Made by a program: the position numbers and the translations under genes
Assembly (NCBI GenBank): GCA_963729715.1
Contig: CAVSPA010000007.1
Location: 64,001-128,000 of the forward strand
Direction of reading: 5' to 3'
From: an uncultured delta proteobacterium
Lineage (GTDB): Bacteria > Desulfobacterota > Syntrophia > Syntrophales > UBA2185
DNA length: 64,000 bases
The notes under the pieces: model-generated
What the model saw: only the letters and a program-made list of their open reading frames with translations
Databases searched by the model: none
What the model was told of the DNA's origin: nothing
In this document: piece after piece, positions 38,638 through 49,156 of the stretch
Position numbering within the stretch: the stretch's first letter is position 1
Layout: every line of letters begins with the position of its first letter

Positions 38638-40182
38638 ATGGATACACAGAAAAAGCGGGTATTAATATTCGATACGACGCTCAGGGATGGGGAGCAGTCA
38701 CCAGGGGCAAGCATGAACCTGGATGAAAAACTGCGCATCGCGAGACAACTCGAAAAGCTCGGGGTAGATATCATTGAGGCAGGCTTCCCGATCGCCTCAG
38801 ACGGCGACTTCCTGGCCGTTCAGCAGATCGCCCGTGAGGTTAGAGAGCCGCAGATTGCCGCCTTAGCGAGGGCCAATTCTGCCGATATCGACCGCGCATG
38901 GGAGGCCATCAAGGAGGCGGCTCATCCACGGATCCATACCTTTATTTCGTCGTCCGATATCCATCTCAAGTACCAGCTCAAAAAGACACGAGCCCAGGTT
39001 CTGAAAGAAGCCCGCGCCGCCGTGGCCCGTGCCTGCTCCTACACACCTAATGTGGAGTTCTCTCCCATGGATGCGACGAGAACGGATTGGGATTATCTCT
39101 GTGATATGGTGGAAGCGGTAATCGCAAACGGGGCCACCACCGTGAACATCCCTGACACCGTGGGTTATATAGTGCCCGATGAATTCGGCAGCCTGATCGA
39201 TTATCTCTTTGCGAAAGTCAAAAATATCGGCGAGGCAGTTATCTCTGTTCATTGTCATAACGATCTGGGCCTCGCCGTCGCAAATTCTCTGGCCGCTGTT
39301 AAACACGGCGCACGGCAGGTGGAATGCACAATCAACGGGATCGGAGAAAGGGCCGGGAACGCAGCCATGGAGGAAATCGTCATGGCCCTCGAGACCCGGA
39401 AGGACTTCTTCGGATTTCGCACGGGAATCAAAACGGAAAACATCTACCAGTCATCAAGGCTCTTGACACACATAACAGGCATACCGGTTCAACCGAACAA
39501 GGCGATTGTCGGGGCCAACGCGTTCGCGCACGAATCGGGCATCCACCAGGACGGTTTGATCAAAGAGAAGATCACGTATGAAATTATGACTCCCAAATCC
39601 GTCGGCATCTCCGGAACCCACCTGGTTCTCGGGAAGCATTCAGGCCGTCACGCCGTCTCCGAACACCTCAAGAAAATGGGTTACAAGCTGACCGCAGGTG
39701 AAGTTAAGAAGGTCTTTGTCAGGTTCAAGGAACTGGCCGACGTCAAGAAAGATATCTTTGATGAAGATCTGGAGGCAATTGTATACGAAGAAGTGTATAA
39801 GATTGCCGAGAGGTACAAACTGGTTTATCTGACTGTGATAAGCGGCAACGTGGCCGTACCTACGGCGACCCTGCAGATGGAGGTAGACGGGAAAACCATT
39901 CAGGACGCAGGTTTCGGCGTAGGGCCTGTGGATGCAACTTTCGCTGCCATCAGGAAAATTACCAAAACCAACTACCACCTGCTCAAGTATGTGGTTTCCG
40001 CCATTACCGGAGGCACCGATGCGTTAGGAGAGGTCATGGTGCAGCTCAAGTACAACGGGCGCTCTGTGGCGGGACGCGGCGCCGAGCCGGATGTGATTGT
40101 GGCTTCTGCAAAGGCATATATCAATGCGCTAAACCGTCTCGAGTTTCTCAAAGGGGATGTGAAAAAGGTTAAAGTTGTATAA
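38638..40182 (+). CDS. leuA: 2-isopropylmalate synthase
   Basis: [28 protein letters not shown] and HESGIHQDG motifs plus a C-terminal regulatory domain. Confidence 0.96.
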   Translation: MDTQKKRVLIFDTTLRDGEQSPGASMNLDEKLRIARQLEKLGVDIIEAGFPIASDGDFLAVQQIAREVREPQIAALARANSADIDRAWEAIKEAAHPRIHTFISSSDIHLKYQLKKTRAQVLKEARAAVARACSYTPNVEFSPMDATRTDWDYLCDMVEAVIANGATTVNIPDTVGYIVPDEFGSLIDYLFAKVKNIGEAVISVHCHNDLGLAVANSLAAVKHGARQVECTINGIGERAGNAAMEEIVMALETRKDFFGFRTGIKTENIYQSSRLLTHITGIPVQPNKAIVGANAFAHESGIHQDGLIKEKITYEIMTPKSVGISGTHLVLGKHSGRHAVSEHLKKMGYKLTAGEVKKVFVRFKELADVKKDIFDEDLEAIVYEEVYKIAERYKLVYLTVISGNVAVPTATLQMEVDGKTIQDAGFGVGPVDATFAAIRKITKTNYHLLKYVVSAITGGTDALGEVMVQLKYNGRSVAGRGAEPDVIVASAKAYINALNRLEFLKGDVKKVKVV

Positions 40183-40236
40183 AGAAGGATAATGGTGTAA
40201 GGAAATACTCGCAGAAAAAAATGGAGAACTAACACC

Positions 40237-41496
40237 GTGGGAATGACCATCACAGAAAAGATACTGTGCCGCCACACAGATCTCAAAGAGATACATCCGG
40301 GGATGCTGATAAACGCGAGAGTGGATATTACCCTCGGGAATGACATAACGGCACCTATTGCCATCGCGGAATTCCGAAAGGCCGGGGGCATCAAGGTCTT
40401 TGATCGTGATAAGGTGGTGCTCATACCTGACCACTTCACGCCCAATAAAGACATCGATTCGGCCCAGCAGTGTAAGCTCATCAGGGAATTTGCACGGGAG
40501 CAAGGACTAACCCACTACTATGACGTAGGTGAAGTGGGCATTGAGCATGCCCTCCTTCCGGAACAGGGTATCGTTCTCCCCGGAGACTTGGTTATTGGCG
40601 CTGACAGCCATACCTGCACATACGGCGCCCTGGGGGCCTTCGCCACGGGTGTCGGCAGCACCGATCTCGCGGCCGCCATGATGACCGGCGAGGTCTGGTT
40701 CAAGGTCCCTGAGACGATGAAGATCGTCTTTTCCGGCAAGATGAACAAATGGGTTTCCGGCAAGGACCTGATCCTCTATATCATTGGCTCGATTGGCGTC
40801 GATGGCGCTCTTTACAGAGCGATGGAGTTCACCGGTGATACCATAGGGCAGCTCAGCATGGCGGACAGATTAACCATGGCTAACATGGTCATTGAAGCGG
40901 GCGCAAAGAACGGCATCTTCATACCGGACGATATAACGAAGGCTTATGTAACGGAGAGGGCAAAGCGGCCATATAGTTTTTATAACTCTGACCCAGATGC
41001 GCGGTATACCGATGTCATTAATATCGATGTAAGCAGAATCGAGCCCCAGGTGGCATTTCCCCATATACCTTCAAACGTCAGGGGGATCAGCCAGGTAGGC
41101 GATGTGAAAATTGATCAGGTCGTTATCGGGTCTTGCACCAACGGCAGGATAGAAGACCTCCGGATTGCCGCGGGCATTCTCAAAAATAAGAAAGCCGCAC
41201 CCCGTGTCCGTTTGATCATCGTGCCCGCGACACAGGCAATATACAAACAGGCCATTCAGGAAGGTCTCATAGAGATATTTATCGACGCGCATGCGGCGGT
41301 CAGCACGCCCACCTGTGGCGCCTGTCTAGGCGGTCATATGGGCGTGTTAGCGGACGGCGAGAAGGCCGTTTCCACAACGAACAGAAATTTCATCGGGCGC
41401 ATGGGGCATACCGGCAGTGAAGTGTATCTTGCCAGCCCTGCTGTTGCCGCGACATCCGCGGTCTTGGGAAGGATTGCCGGTCCGGAAGAGTTGTAG
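40237..41496 (+). CDS. leuC: 3-isopropylmalate dehydratase large subunit
   Basis: [29 protein letters not shown] and TNRNF motifs; GTG start. Confidence 0.93.
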   Translation: MGMTITEKILCRHTDLKEIHPGMLINARVDITLGNDITAPIAIAEFRKAGGIKVFDRDKVVLIPDHFTPNKDIDSAQQCKLIREFAREQGLTHYYDVGEVGIEHALLPEQGIVLPGDLVIGADSHTCTYGALGAFATGVGSTDLAAAMMTGEVWFKVPETMKIVFSGKMNKWVSGKDLILYIIGSIGVDGALYRAMEFTGDTIGQLSMADRLTMANMVIEAGAKNGIFIPDDITKAYVTERAKRPYSFYNSDPDARYTDVINIDVSRIEPQVAFPHIPSNVRGISQVGDVKIDQVVIGSCTNGRIEDLRIAAGILKNKKAAPRVRLIIVPATQAIYKQAIQEGLIEIFIDAHAAVSTPTCGACLGGHMGVLADGEKAVSTTNRNFIGRMGHTGSEVYLASPAVAATSAVLGRIAGPEEL

Positions 41497-41510
41497 AGGG
41501 GTTAAATATT

Positions 41511-42005
41511 ATGAAGTTCAGAGGGAAAGTCTGGAAATTTGGAGATAACGTAGATACCGATGCGATCATCGCTGCCCGCTATTTGGTATCATCCGATCCG
41601 GCGTTTCTCGCCGCGCACTGCATGGAAGACGCCGACCCTGGATTTATGAAAAAAATCAGCGCCGGCGACATCGTTGTGGCAGGGGAGAATTTCGGCTGCG
41701 GCTCATCGCGAGAACACGCGCCTATCGCCATCAAGACCGCCGGGATTTCCTGCGTCGTCGCCAAGAGTTTTGCCCGCATATTTTACCGGAATGCCTTCAA
41801 CATCGGACTGCCAATTTTTGAATCGAGGGATTTGTGGGAGACAGTCTCTGATGGCCAGGAAATCGAGGTGGACGGCGATAATGGAAGCATCAGGATTTTA
41901 GGGAGCGATAGGAGTCCGCTTCGTATAGAGCCCATTCCACCGTTCATGCAACGACTTGTCAGCGACGGCGGCTTGATGAAGCACATCGCAAAGAAAAAAG
42001 CATAA
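41511..42005 (+). CDS. leuD: 3-isopropylmalate dehydratase small subunit
   Basis: [20 protein letters not shown] and SFARIFYRN motifs. Confidence 0.93.
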   Translation: MKFRGKVWKFGDNVDTDAIIAARYLVSSDPAFLAAHCMEDADPGFMKKISAGDIVVAGENFGCGSSREHAPIAIKTAGISCVVAKSFARIFYRNAFNIGLPIFESRDLWETVSDGQEIEVDGDNGSIRILGSDRSPLRIEPIPPFMQRLVSDGGLMKHIAKKKA

Positions 42006-42060
42006 CCGAAGACGCATTCTACAGGCCCGCAGTAAGGAAAGGAATCTCTCATCATCTGTC

Positions 42061-42690
42061 ATGGCACCTGTCCTTTTTTTTGAATCCATATTAATTCCCC
42101 TGCCCCGCAAAAACATATACAGACGTCTAGGATTTGTAAAAGGCGTTACAGATATACCAGCATCGCAACAGGAGGAGATCGAAAGGTACATAGGGCACGC
42201 CTCATCGCTCATTCACCTGAAGGGCGCAAGCTTGCGCATGCCTATCACGGAGATTAAAGACGCCAAGATTCTCCTTCCCGACGGTGCGGAATTTGAAAGT
42301 CGTCAACTTGCCAAGCTCCTTGCCAATTGCAGCGAGATAGTCCTGATGGGAGCCACGGCCGGCCGGGAAATCATGGACGCCATCGAGAAAGATGCCACCG
42401 GTGCGAATTTAACCCGCGGTATCGTTTTGGACGCAGCCGCGAGTGAGATAGTAGACGCTTCTCTCGACTGGATCATGGACTATTTCAATCAGTCGCTGAG
42501 AAGGGAAAATAGGAGATTGCTGCGGAAACGTTATTCCGCAGGCTATGGTGATTTATTTCTCGAAACGCAAAAAGCGATGTACCGCCTCCTCCAGCTCGAC
42601 AGAATCGGCATAGCGATAACAGAGAGCTCAATACTTATCCCGGAAAAGTCCGTTACCGCCATCACCGGCATAAAGGCGCAAAGTTCATGA
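42061..42690 (+). CDS. Stand-alone methionine synthase reactivation (AdoMet-binding) domain
   Basis: ATAG, DAAASE, RYSAGYGD and PEKSVTAI motifs characteristic of the Met_synt_B12 domain. Confidence 0.78.
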   Translation: MAPVLFFESILIPLPRKNIYRRLGFVKGVTDIPASQQEEIERYIGHASSLIHLKGASLRMPITEIKDAKILLPDGAEFESRQLAKLLANCSEIVLMGATAGREIMDAIEKDATGANLTRGIVLDAAASEIVDASLDWIMDYFNQSLRRENRRLLRKRYSAGYGDLFLETQKAMYRLLQLDRIGIAITESSILIPEKSVTAITGIKAQSS

Positions 42691-42805
42691 GGCGGTCGGT
42701 TATTGTTATGACAGGGATTATGACACGATAATATCTTGATATTATGGAATGCTGATATTATAAGATAAAGATTGCCGCAAAAATAAGGAAGACACGATCT
42801 ACGAT

Positions 42806-45247
42806 ATGTATAGGTCATTGGATAAAAAACAGAAGATCCACAATCTGTTGAAAAAAAGAATTTTAATTCTTGACGGTGCTACGGGAACGGAACTGCAGAA
42901 GCGGGAAATGCCATCCGGTGTATGTCCCGAGGTGTGGTGTCTGGAAAACCCCGCGGCGATTCAGGATATTCACAGGGCTTATCAAAAGGCAGGTGCAGAT
43001 ATCATCTATACCTGTGCCTTCGGCGCGAACCGATTAAAGCTCGGGCAATACGGCTTTACGAATGTCAAAGAAATCAACAAACAACTTGTGGTTCTGGCGA
43101 GGCAGGCCGTAGGAAGCGGGACACTGATTGCCGGTGACATCAGCTCGACGGGACATTTTGTGGAGCCTTTCGGCGACCTGATGTTTGAAGAGGCGGTTGA
43201 TATTTTCAAAGAGCAGGTCCAGGGCCTGCTTGCGGGCGGCGTTGATCTTTTTGTCATCGAAACCATGATGGACATACAGGAGGCGCGGGCTGCGCTTATC
43301 GCCGTCAAGGAAATCACCGACCATTTTACCATGGTTACCATGACCTACGAAACGAACGGCTATACGCTCAGCGGCACGGATCCAGTAACCGCCCTCATTA
43401 CCTTACAGAGCCTCGGGGCGGACGCCGTGGGCTGCAACTGTTCAACGGGGCCCGAGGCAATGGTGAAGTTTATTGCCGCCATGAAACCGTTTGCCACAGT
43501 ACCGCTGGTGGCTAAGCCCAACGCCGGGATGCCGAGGCTTGTCGGCAAGGCCACCGTCTATGATATGAACCCGAGGGACTTCGCCTCATGGGGAAAGAAG
43601 CTGGCGGCTGCTGGCGTCAACTTGGTCGGTGGGTGCTGTGGGACAACGCCCGTACATATCGCGGCGTTGAAGAAGGCATTAGGCAAAGCCACGGTGCATG
43701 CTCCTGTGCGAAAGTCCATAAGCGCTATCAGCTCTGCCAGGGCCTTCAAGATATTTGATGAGGGCAGCCCGCTTCTCATAATCGGCGAGAGAATTAATCC
43801 CACGGGCAAGAAAGCCCTGCAGCAAGAACTCCTTGACGGCAAAATGAATATCGTGAGGCAGATGGCACGAGATCAGGAAGCGCAGGGGGCCGACCTTCTT
43901 GATGTGAATGTCGGGGTTCACAAAATTGATGAAGTCGATACCATGAAGAGAGTCATCCGTCTGCTATCGACAGGCACTGCCCTGCCCCTGGTCATCGATT
44001 CCCCCAATATGGAGACGATAACGGCGGCCCTTCGCATCTATCCCGGCCGCTCCCTGATAAACTCCATTTCCGGAGAAAAGCAAAAATTGAAAAAGCTTCT
44101 CCCCATTGCAGCGAAATATGGCGCCATGTTTATTCTTTTGCCGGTGACAGATAATGAGGTACCGGAAACAGTATCAAGAAGAAAGGACATCATAAAAAAT
44201 ATATTCCAGACTTCCCGAAATTTTGGATTCTCAAAAGATGACATCGTCGTAGACGGACTCGTCATGAGCGTGGCCTCGAACACCAAGGCTGCGAAAGAAA
44301 CGCTGAAAACCGTCGTCTGGTCCGCGGATAGCTTCAAATGCAGAACTGTTCTCGGTCTTTCCAATGTGTCCTTCGGCATGCCTGAGCGAAAGTGGATGAA
44401 TACCGCATTTCTCGCCATGGCACAGGCCGCGGGCTTGACCATGGCGATTGCCAATCCTGCCGACAGGGAACTCATGAAGGTGAAGATGGCGGGCGACGTG
44501 TTCATGCAGAAAGACAGGGACGCTCTGTCTTATATCCGGCATTTTTTTCTCTCCGCAAAGACGGACACGGCCACCGCCCCGGCAGTGAAAACGTCGCCGG
44601 ATCAGGATCTCTATGGAGCGATATTGGAAGGGAACAGGGATAACATTATTAACCTCGTCGATATTGCCCTTGCATCAGGTATGAATCCTTCCTGGCTTGT
44701 GGATGACATTATGATCCCGGCAATTAACCGGGCGGGTGAACTCTTTGATCAGAGAAAATATTTTTTGCCGCAGCTGATAGCGAGCGCCGAGGCAATGAAG
44801 GCGGCCCTCGCGCGCGTTGAACCAAGGCTTAAACAAGAAAAGGGAGTCATGCTGGGAAAAGGGGTTATCATCCTTGCCACGGTAAAGGGAGACATCCACG
44901 ACATCGGCAAGAACATAATTTCTTTGATGTTAAAAAATCACGGCTACAGGATTGTTGACCTCGGCAAAGACGTACCGGCGAAGGCCATCATTGAATCCAT
45001 GAGGCGTTCAAAGCCCGATGTAGTCGGCCTTTCTGCGCTCATGACCACGACCATGGTAAACATGGAGGAAGTCATTGGCATTGCGCGGGCCAACGGATAT
45101 TCATGCCCGTTTATCGTAGGGGGCGCCGTCATCACGAAGGCCTATGCAGCCTCTATCGGCGCCTCCTATGCCAAAGACGGCGTGGAAGCCGTGCGAACAG
45201 TTGAACAACTGGTAAAATCATTTTCAAAGAGGCATATATCAAAATGA
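42806..45247 (+). CDS. metH: Cobalamin-dependent methionine synthase lacking the reactivation domain
   Basis: Hcy domain (LDGATGT, GCNC, GGCCGT), pterin-binding domain (IGERINPTGK) and cap/B12 domain (GDIHDIGK, LSALMTT, GGA). Confidence 0.92.
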   Translation: MYRSLDKKQKIHNLLKKRILILDGATGTELQKREMPSGVCPEVWCLENPAAIQDIHRAYQKAGADIIYTCAFGANRLKLGQYGFTNVKEINKQLVVLARQAVGSGTLIAGDISSTGHFVEPFGDLMFEEAVDIFKEQVQGLLAGGVDLFVIETMMDIQEARAALIAVKEITDHFTMVTMTYETNGYTLSGTDPVTALITLQSLGADAVGCNCSTGPEAMVKFIAAMKPFATVPLVAKPNAGMPRLVGKATVYDMNPRDFASWGKKLAAAGVNLVGGCCGTTPVHIAALKKALGKATVHAPVRKSISAISSARAFKIFDEGSPLLIIGERINPTGKKALQQELLDGKMNIVRQMARDQEAQGADLLDVNVGVHKIDEVDTMKRVIRLLSTGTALPLVIDSPNMETITAALRIYPGRSLINSISGEKQKLKKLLPIAAKYGAMFILLPVTDNEVPETVSRRKDIIKNIFQTSRNFGFSKDDIVVDGLVMSVASNTKAAKETLKTVVWSADSFKCRTVLGLSNVSFGMPERKWMNTAFLAMAQAAGLTMAIANPADRELMKVKMAGDVFMQKDRDALSYIRHFFLSAKTDTATAPAVKTSPDQDLYGAILEGNRDNIINLVDIALASGMNPSWLVDDIMIPAINRAGELFDQRKYFLPQLIASAEAMKAALARVEPRLKQEKGVMLGKGVIILATVKGDIHDIGKNIISLMLKNHGYRIVDLGKDVPAKAIIESMRRSKPDVVGLSALMTTTMVNMEEVIGIARANGYSCPFIVGGAVITKAYAASIGASYAKDGVEAVRTVEQLVKSFSKRHISK

Positions 45248-45831
45248 CCCCCCATGAAATGAAACATAGACTCGCTGAAATAATCCTCGAGCGGTCTTTC
45301 CAGTACAGGAACGATCCTCCCTTCACGCTGGCCTCGGGAAAGACGAGCAACTATTATTTCAACTGCAAACCGACAACCATGGACCCTGAAGGGATGTACC
45401 TCATAGGGAATATCCTTTTTGACATGCTTGTTGATGCGGATGTGTCGGCGGCCGGCGGCCTCACATTAGGAGCGGATCCCATGGCCAATGCCCTTTCCCT
45501 CATTTCTTATCAAAAGAAGAAACCGATCAAATCGTTTGTCGTAAGGAAGGATGCCAAGAACCACGGTACAAGAAGCGGCATCGAAGGGAACATCGCACCG
45601 GGCGAAAGAGTCGTTGTCATAGACGATGTGATAACGACAGGAGGATCGACGCTCACTGCCGTAGAAATTGCACGGGAAGCCGGTCTCGAGGTTGATAGGG
45701 TAATTGCCCTTGTGGACAGAGAAGAAGGCGGCAGGGAGAATATAAAAAAATATGTAGACAGGGTAGATGCCATATTGACAAGATCAGAGATCATGAATCT
45801 CTATAAAGGTCGTTTGAAAGGCGCAAAGTGA
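45244..45831 (+). CDS. pyrE: Orotate phosphoribosyltransferase
   Basis: FTLASGK, VRK..K.HG and PRPP loop VVIDDVITTGGS. Confidence 0.94.
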   Translation: MTPHEMKHRLAEIILERSFQYRNDPPFTLASGKTSNYYFNCKPTTMDPEGMYLIGNILFDMLVDADVSAAGGLTLGADPMANALSLISYQKKKPIKSFVVRKDAKNHGTRSGIEGNIAPGERVVVIDDVITTGGSTLTAVEIAREAGLEVDRVIALVDREEGGRENIKKYVDRVDAILTRSEIMNLYKGRLKGAK

Positions 45832-45837
45832 TTTAGC

Positions 45838-46749
45838 ATGAAAAGAATGTTGACTCTAATTATCTCTGTATCGCTCTTTCTTGCAATGATTCCTCTATCA
45901 GGATGTCAGAAGGCCGAGGAGCCCAAGAAGCCGGAGGTATCGGCTACTTCACCTGTATCGCCACCCTCACCTCAGACCACAATGGCTCCGTCAGTTCCTG
46001 AAACACCGAAAACTCCTGCGGCCCCATCGGCAGCGGCGACGCCCGTTCCACCGCCGGCTCCCGCCACATATGAACCGACGGCTGCTCCGGAATCACCGGC
46101 TGCACCTGCGAAACTGCAGGGTACGGATATCATCCGGGTCGCAGGATTTGACTCCGCACAGATGCAGAAGGGCTGTCCTACAGGCTGGTTACTGGATATC
46201 AAGAAGGGTGAACCTGCCATCACTCTTGAAAGAGGATCGCAGATCTACAACCTTCACATGAAGAGCAATGACTCATCCTACGGTGTAAAAAGCGGCATAA
46301 AGGTTGATATCAAAGAATACCCCTATCTGAATTGGAGATGGAAGGTCACTAAGCTTCCTGATGGAGGTGATGTCAGAAAGAGTGACACTGATGACCAGGC
46401 AATACAGCTCTATATTGCTTTCACTCCGACAGGATTTCCGGAGGCGCTGAACACGCCCGTTCTGGCTTATATCTGGGATAATGAGGCACCCAGAGGCTGG
46501 ACGGGCAGAAGCTCGGCAATCGGTGGAGGGAAGCTTAGGTATGTCGTCGTCCGGAATAAGACGGATCGCCTGGGGCAGTGGTATACGGAAAAGAGAAATA
46601 TATACGAGGACTATAAGAAGCTTTTGAAAGACGTGGAACGTGCCGATCCTGCCGGAGTAACTCATGGTGTCGAGTTTTATATCAATTCGCAAAAGACCAA
46701 GAGTGCGGCGGAAAGCTACATCGGCGACGTGTATTTCAGCAAGAGCTAG
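45838..46749 (+). CDS. DUF3047 domain lipoprotein with a Pro/Ala-rich linker
   Basis: Lipobox LSGC; Pro-rich stretch; YPYLNWRWKV, DD.A, YIWD and W.TEKRNIYEDY motifs. Confidence 0.8.
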   Translation: MKRMLTLIISVSLFLAMIPLSGCQKAEEPKKPEVSATSPVSPPSPQTTMAPSVPETPKTPAAPSAAATPVPPPAPATYEPTAAPESPAAPAKLQGTDIIRVAGFDSAQMQKGCPTGWLLDIKKGEPAITLERGSQIYNLHMKSNDSSYGVKSGIKVDIKEYPYLNWRWKVTKLPDGGDVRKSDTDDQAIQLYIAFTPTGFPEALNTPVLAYIWDNEAPRGWTGRSSAIGGGKLRYVVVRNKTDRLGQWYTEKRNIYEDYKKLLKDVERADPAGVTHGVEFYINSQKTKSAAESYIGDVYFSKS

Positions 46750-47428
46750 TCGCCTCTATGCGAATTCGATTAACCGCAAGATGCGCCCTCCTTACCGGCT
46801 CGGTAAGTCTGTAGCCTCTGCAACATGCAAGTGCGACGTCAACTGCTTTTCGCAAGCCTATCTTGTGTCCCGGTGATACGAACAACGGTTTTACCTTTTT
46901 CTTGGTCCGGACGACGGCTCCGATGATGCGACCGTCCAGCACAAGATCAGCGTAGTCCCCTACCTCATCACCCACTTCGTCATATGCACCGACCAGCCTT
47001 TTCTTGGCACAACCTATAGTTGGTATATCCAGGAACAATCCCATATGTGAAGCGAGGCCAATGCCTCTCGGATGAGCAATCCCCTGGCCATCGAAAATAA
47101 CGCAATCAGGAACGCTCTTAAGCTTCTCAAATGCTTTTGAGAGTGCGGGGCCTTCTCTAAAACTCAGCAGTCCGGGAATATACGGGAAGGGCGCCTTCTC
47201 AACAAGACAAATCTCTTCGATGACGTCCATGGTCGGGTATGCGAGCAGAATAACGGCCGCGAAAAACATATCGTCTTGTTTGGAATAGGATATATCTGCG
47301 CCGGCGATTGTGCTGATTCGTGCTGGAAACTCCTTGTCATCGAGGATCAGTTTCCCCTTGAGTTCCTGCTGGATGTTGACGGCTTCTTTATATGTGATGT
47401 TCCAATGGTGGAGATATTTGATCTTCAT
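46736..47428 (-). CDS. nfi: Endonuclease V
   Basis: GADISY, PYIPGLLSFRE, DGQGIAHPR and SPGH motifs. Confidence 0.95.
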   Translation of the reverse strand: MKIKYLHHWNITYKEAVNIQQELKGKLILDDKEFPARISTIAGADISYSKQDDMFFAAVILLAYPTMDVIEEICLVEKAPFPYIPGLLSFREGPALSKAFEKLKSVPDCVIFDGQGIAHPRGIGLASHMGLFLDIPTIGCAKKRLVGAYDEVGDEVGDYADLVLDGRIIGAVVRTKKKVKPLFVSPGHKIGLRKAVDVALACCRGYRLTEPVRRAHLAVNRIRIEATSSC

Positions 47429-47466
47429 CTCGGAGGTGATATATATAGCTTGTACAGATAATCCAT

Positions 47467-47549
47467 TGTGTCATTTCGAAGGAGCGGAGCGACTGAGAAA
47501 TCTATTGATAATATGAAAAAAGATTTCTCCTTACAGTCGAAATGGCACA
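47467..47549. repeat. Extragenic palindromic element (GTCATTTCGA...GAGAAATCT / AGATTTCTC...TCGAAATG type)
   Basis: Outer arms 47467-47479 / 47537-47549 (12/13) and inner arms 47495-47503 / 47521-47529 (9/9). Confidence 0.7.
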
Positions 47550-47587
47550 GTGCAAACTATCGTGAGTCAGAACTCGATCTACTGATA

Positions 47588-48520
47588 CTAAAAATACGGT
47601 TTCAGTACGGCCCGCGCTTCATCGATGTCTTTTCTTATCTGTTTTACCAACTGCTCAGCATTTTCAAATTTTACCTCAGCCCGTATCCTTTCTATAAAAA
47701 GGACATTCAGCTTCTTTCCGTAAATATCTCCGTTGAAATCAAGCAAATAAACTTCGACAGAAAGGTCAGTATCAGAAAAGGTGGGATTGAAGCCGATATT
47801 CAAGACACCTTTGTAACATTCTTTCTCGAGACAGGAAATAACGGCATAGACACCTTCGGCAGGGATTAATTCTTTTTCCGGCTTTATATTGGCCGTGGGA
47901 ATTCCGAGGATGCTGCCCCGCCTTTTCCCTTCGATAACAATGCCGCTGACATTATAAGGCCTTCCTAAGAGCCTCGCAGCCGTTTTTACGTCACCTGCCA
48001 GAATCAAGTTTCTCAGGCGGGTGCTGCTGATGGTCTCATCATCGAGTTTGACGGCATTAATGATGTTAACCTCAAATCCCAGCTTCTTCCCGAATTCTGC
48101 GAGAAACTCTTTGTTCCCCGTCTTGCTTTTCCCGAAGCTATAGTCATGGCCGACAAATATTTTCCTGATGTGAAGTTTATCCCAGAGAATATCACGGACG
48201 AACGACTCAGCTGTCATCTTGGAAAAATCGAGATCAAAAGGGATGAGTATTAAACCATCAACACCAATATCTTCAAGAAGCTTGATCTTCTCCTCGATTG
48301 AAGTGATTAGATAAAAGGGTCTGATATCCGGTCGCAGGATCTTCTTAGGGTGCGGATCGAAGGTGATCACTAAGGCTTTGCTCTTTTCCCTATGGGCTTC
48401 CTCTATAAGTTTCTTGAGTATCGGCACATGGCCCAGATGGACCCCGTCGAAATTCCCTATTGTTACGAAAGCATCCCTGAATTCACCGGGTGTTTGTTCC
48501 AAACTTCTGATGACTTTCAT
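47588..48520 (-). CDS. ribF: Bifunctional riboflavin kinase/FAD synthetase
   Basis: IGNFDGVHLGH, ISSTRLR, GIPTAN and NIGFNPTF motifs. Confidence 0.96.
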   Translation of the reverse strand: MKVIRSLEQTPGEFRDAFVTIGNFDGVHLGHVPILKKLIEEAHREKSKALVITFDPHPKKILRPDIRPFYLITSIEEKIKLLEDIGVDGLILIPFDLDFSKMTAESFVRDILWDKLHIRKIFVGHDYSFGKSKTGNKEFLAEFGKKLGFEVNIINAVKLDDETISSTRLRNLILAGDVKTAARLLGRPYNVSGIVIEGKRRGSILGIPTANIKPEKELIPAEGVYAVISCLEKECYKGVLNIGFNPTFSDTDLSVEVYLLDFNGDIYGKKLNVLFIERIRAEVKFENAEQLVKQIRKDIDEARAVLKPYF

Positions 48521-48651
48521 TCTCTGACCTTTCTTGATTCCGCGCTAACATAGCATTAATATAGTTATTTTCAAGCCCATTTTTTCTTGACAATGGTCGG
48601 AATCTCAGTGTAGACAACCATAGTAACGCCTTCCATTATTACAAACAGCGT

Positions 48652-48738
48652 GCCGAAGTGGCGGAACTGGTAGACGCGCTAGGTTCAGGGTCTAGTGGGG
48701 GGTTCTCCGTCCCGGTTCAAATCCGGGCTTCGGCACCA
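48652..48738 (+). tRNA. tRNA-Leu (anticodon CAG)
   Basis: Acceptor stem GCCGAAG/CTTCGGC, D-arm with GGTAGAC, anticodon arm CTAGG-TTCAGGG-TCTAG, long variable arm, T-loop GGTTCAAATCC, encoded CCA. Confidence 0.96.
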
Positions 48739-48745
48739 AAGACAT

Positions 48746-49156
48746 ATGGATAACATTAATTGGCGTCTATTAATTGTTATTTACATCTTGCTCGCCGGCG
48801 TCTGGGGCACGTTAGTTAAGGTTGCCTCAGACCGCCTGAATCCCCTCACAATGTTTTTTATCGTAGCTACAAGCGCATGGTTGGCAGTAGCGGCAGTTGC
48901 CCTGCCAAGATTGGACTTTCAAAATAAAGCTGGTGTGTGGCTGGCTGCAGTCTGCGGTTTGATGGGCGGTTTACTGGTCATTATCTTCTACAGCGTTCTC
49001 AAGCAGGCGCCGGCAAGCGTAGTTATTCCGGTGAGCACACTGTATGTCCTCGTAACCGTCGTTTTGTCATATTTATTTCTCGGTGAAGCTGTAACCCTCA
49101 AACAAGTCGCTGGTATAGTTCCTGGCCTCGTCTCCATATATTTACTGACTTCATGA
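48746..49156 (+). CDS. EamA/DMT family small membrane transporter
   Basis: Hydrophobic helices; PASVVIP, LFLGEAVT and KQVAG motifs; the ORF-track start lies inside the tRNA, so ATG 48746 was chosen. Confidence 0.82.
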   Translation: MDNINWRLLIVIYILLAGVWGTLVKVASDRLNPLTMFFIVATSAWLAVAAVALPRLDFQNKAGVWLAAVCGLMGGLLVIIFYSVLKQAPASVVIPVSTLYVLVTVVLSYLFLGEAVTLKQVAGIVPGLVSIYLLTS

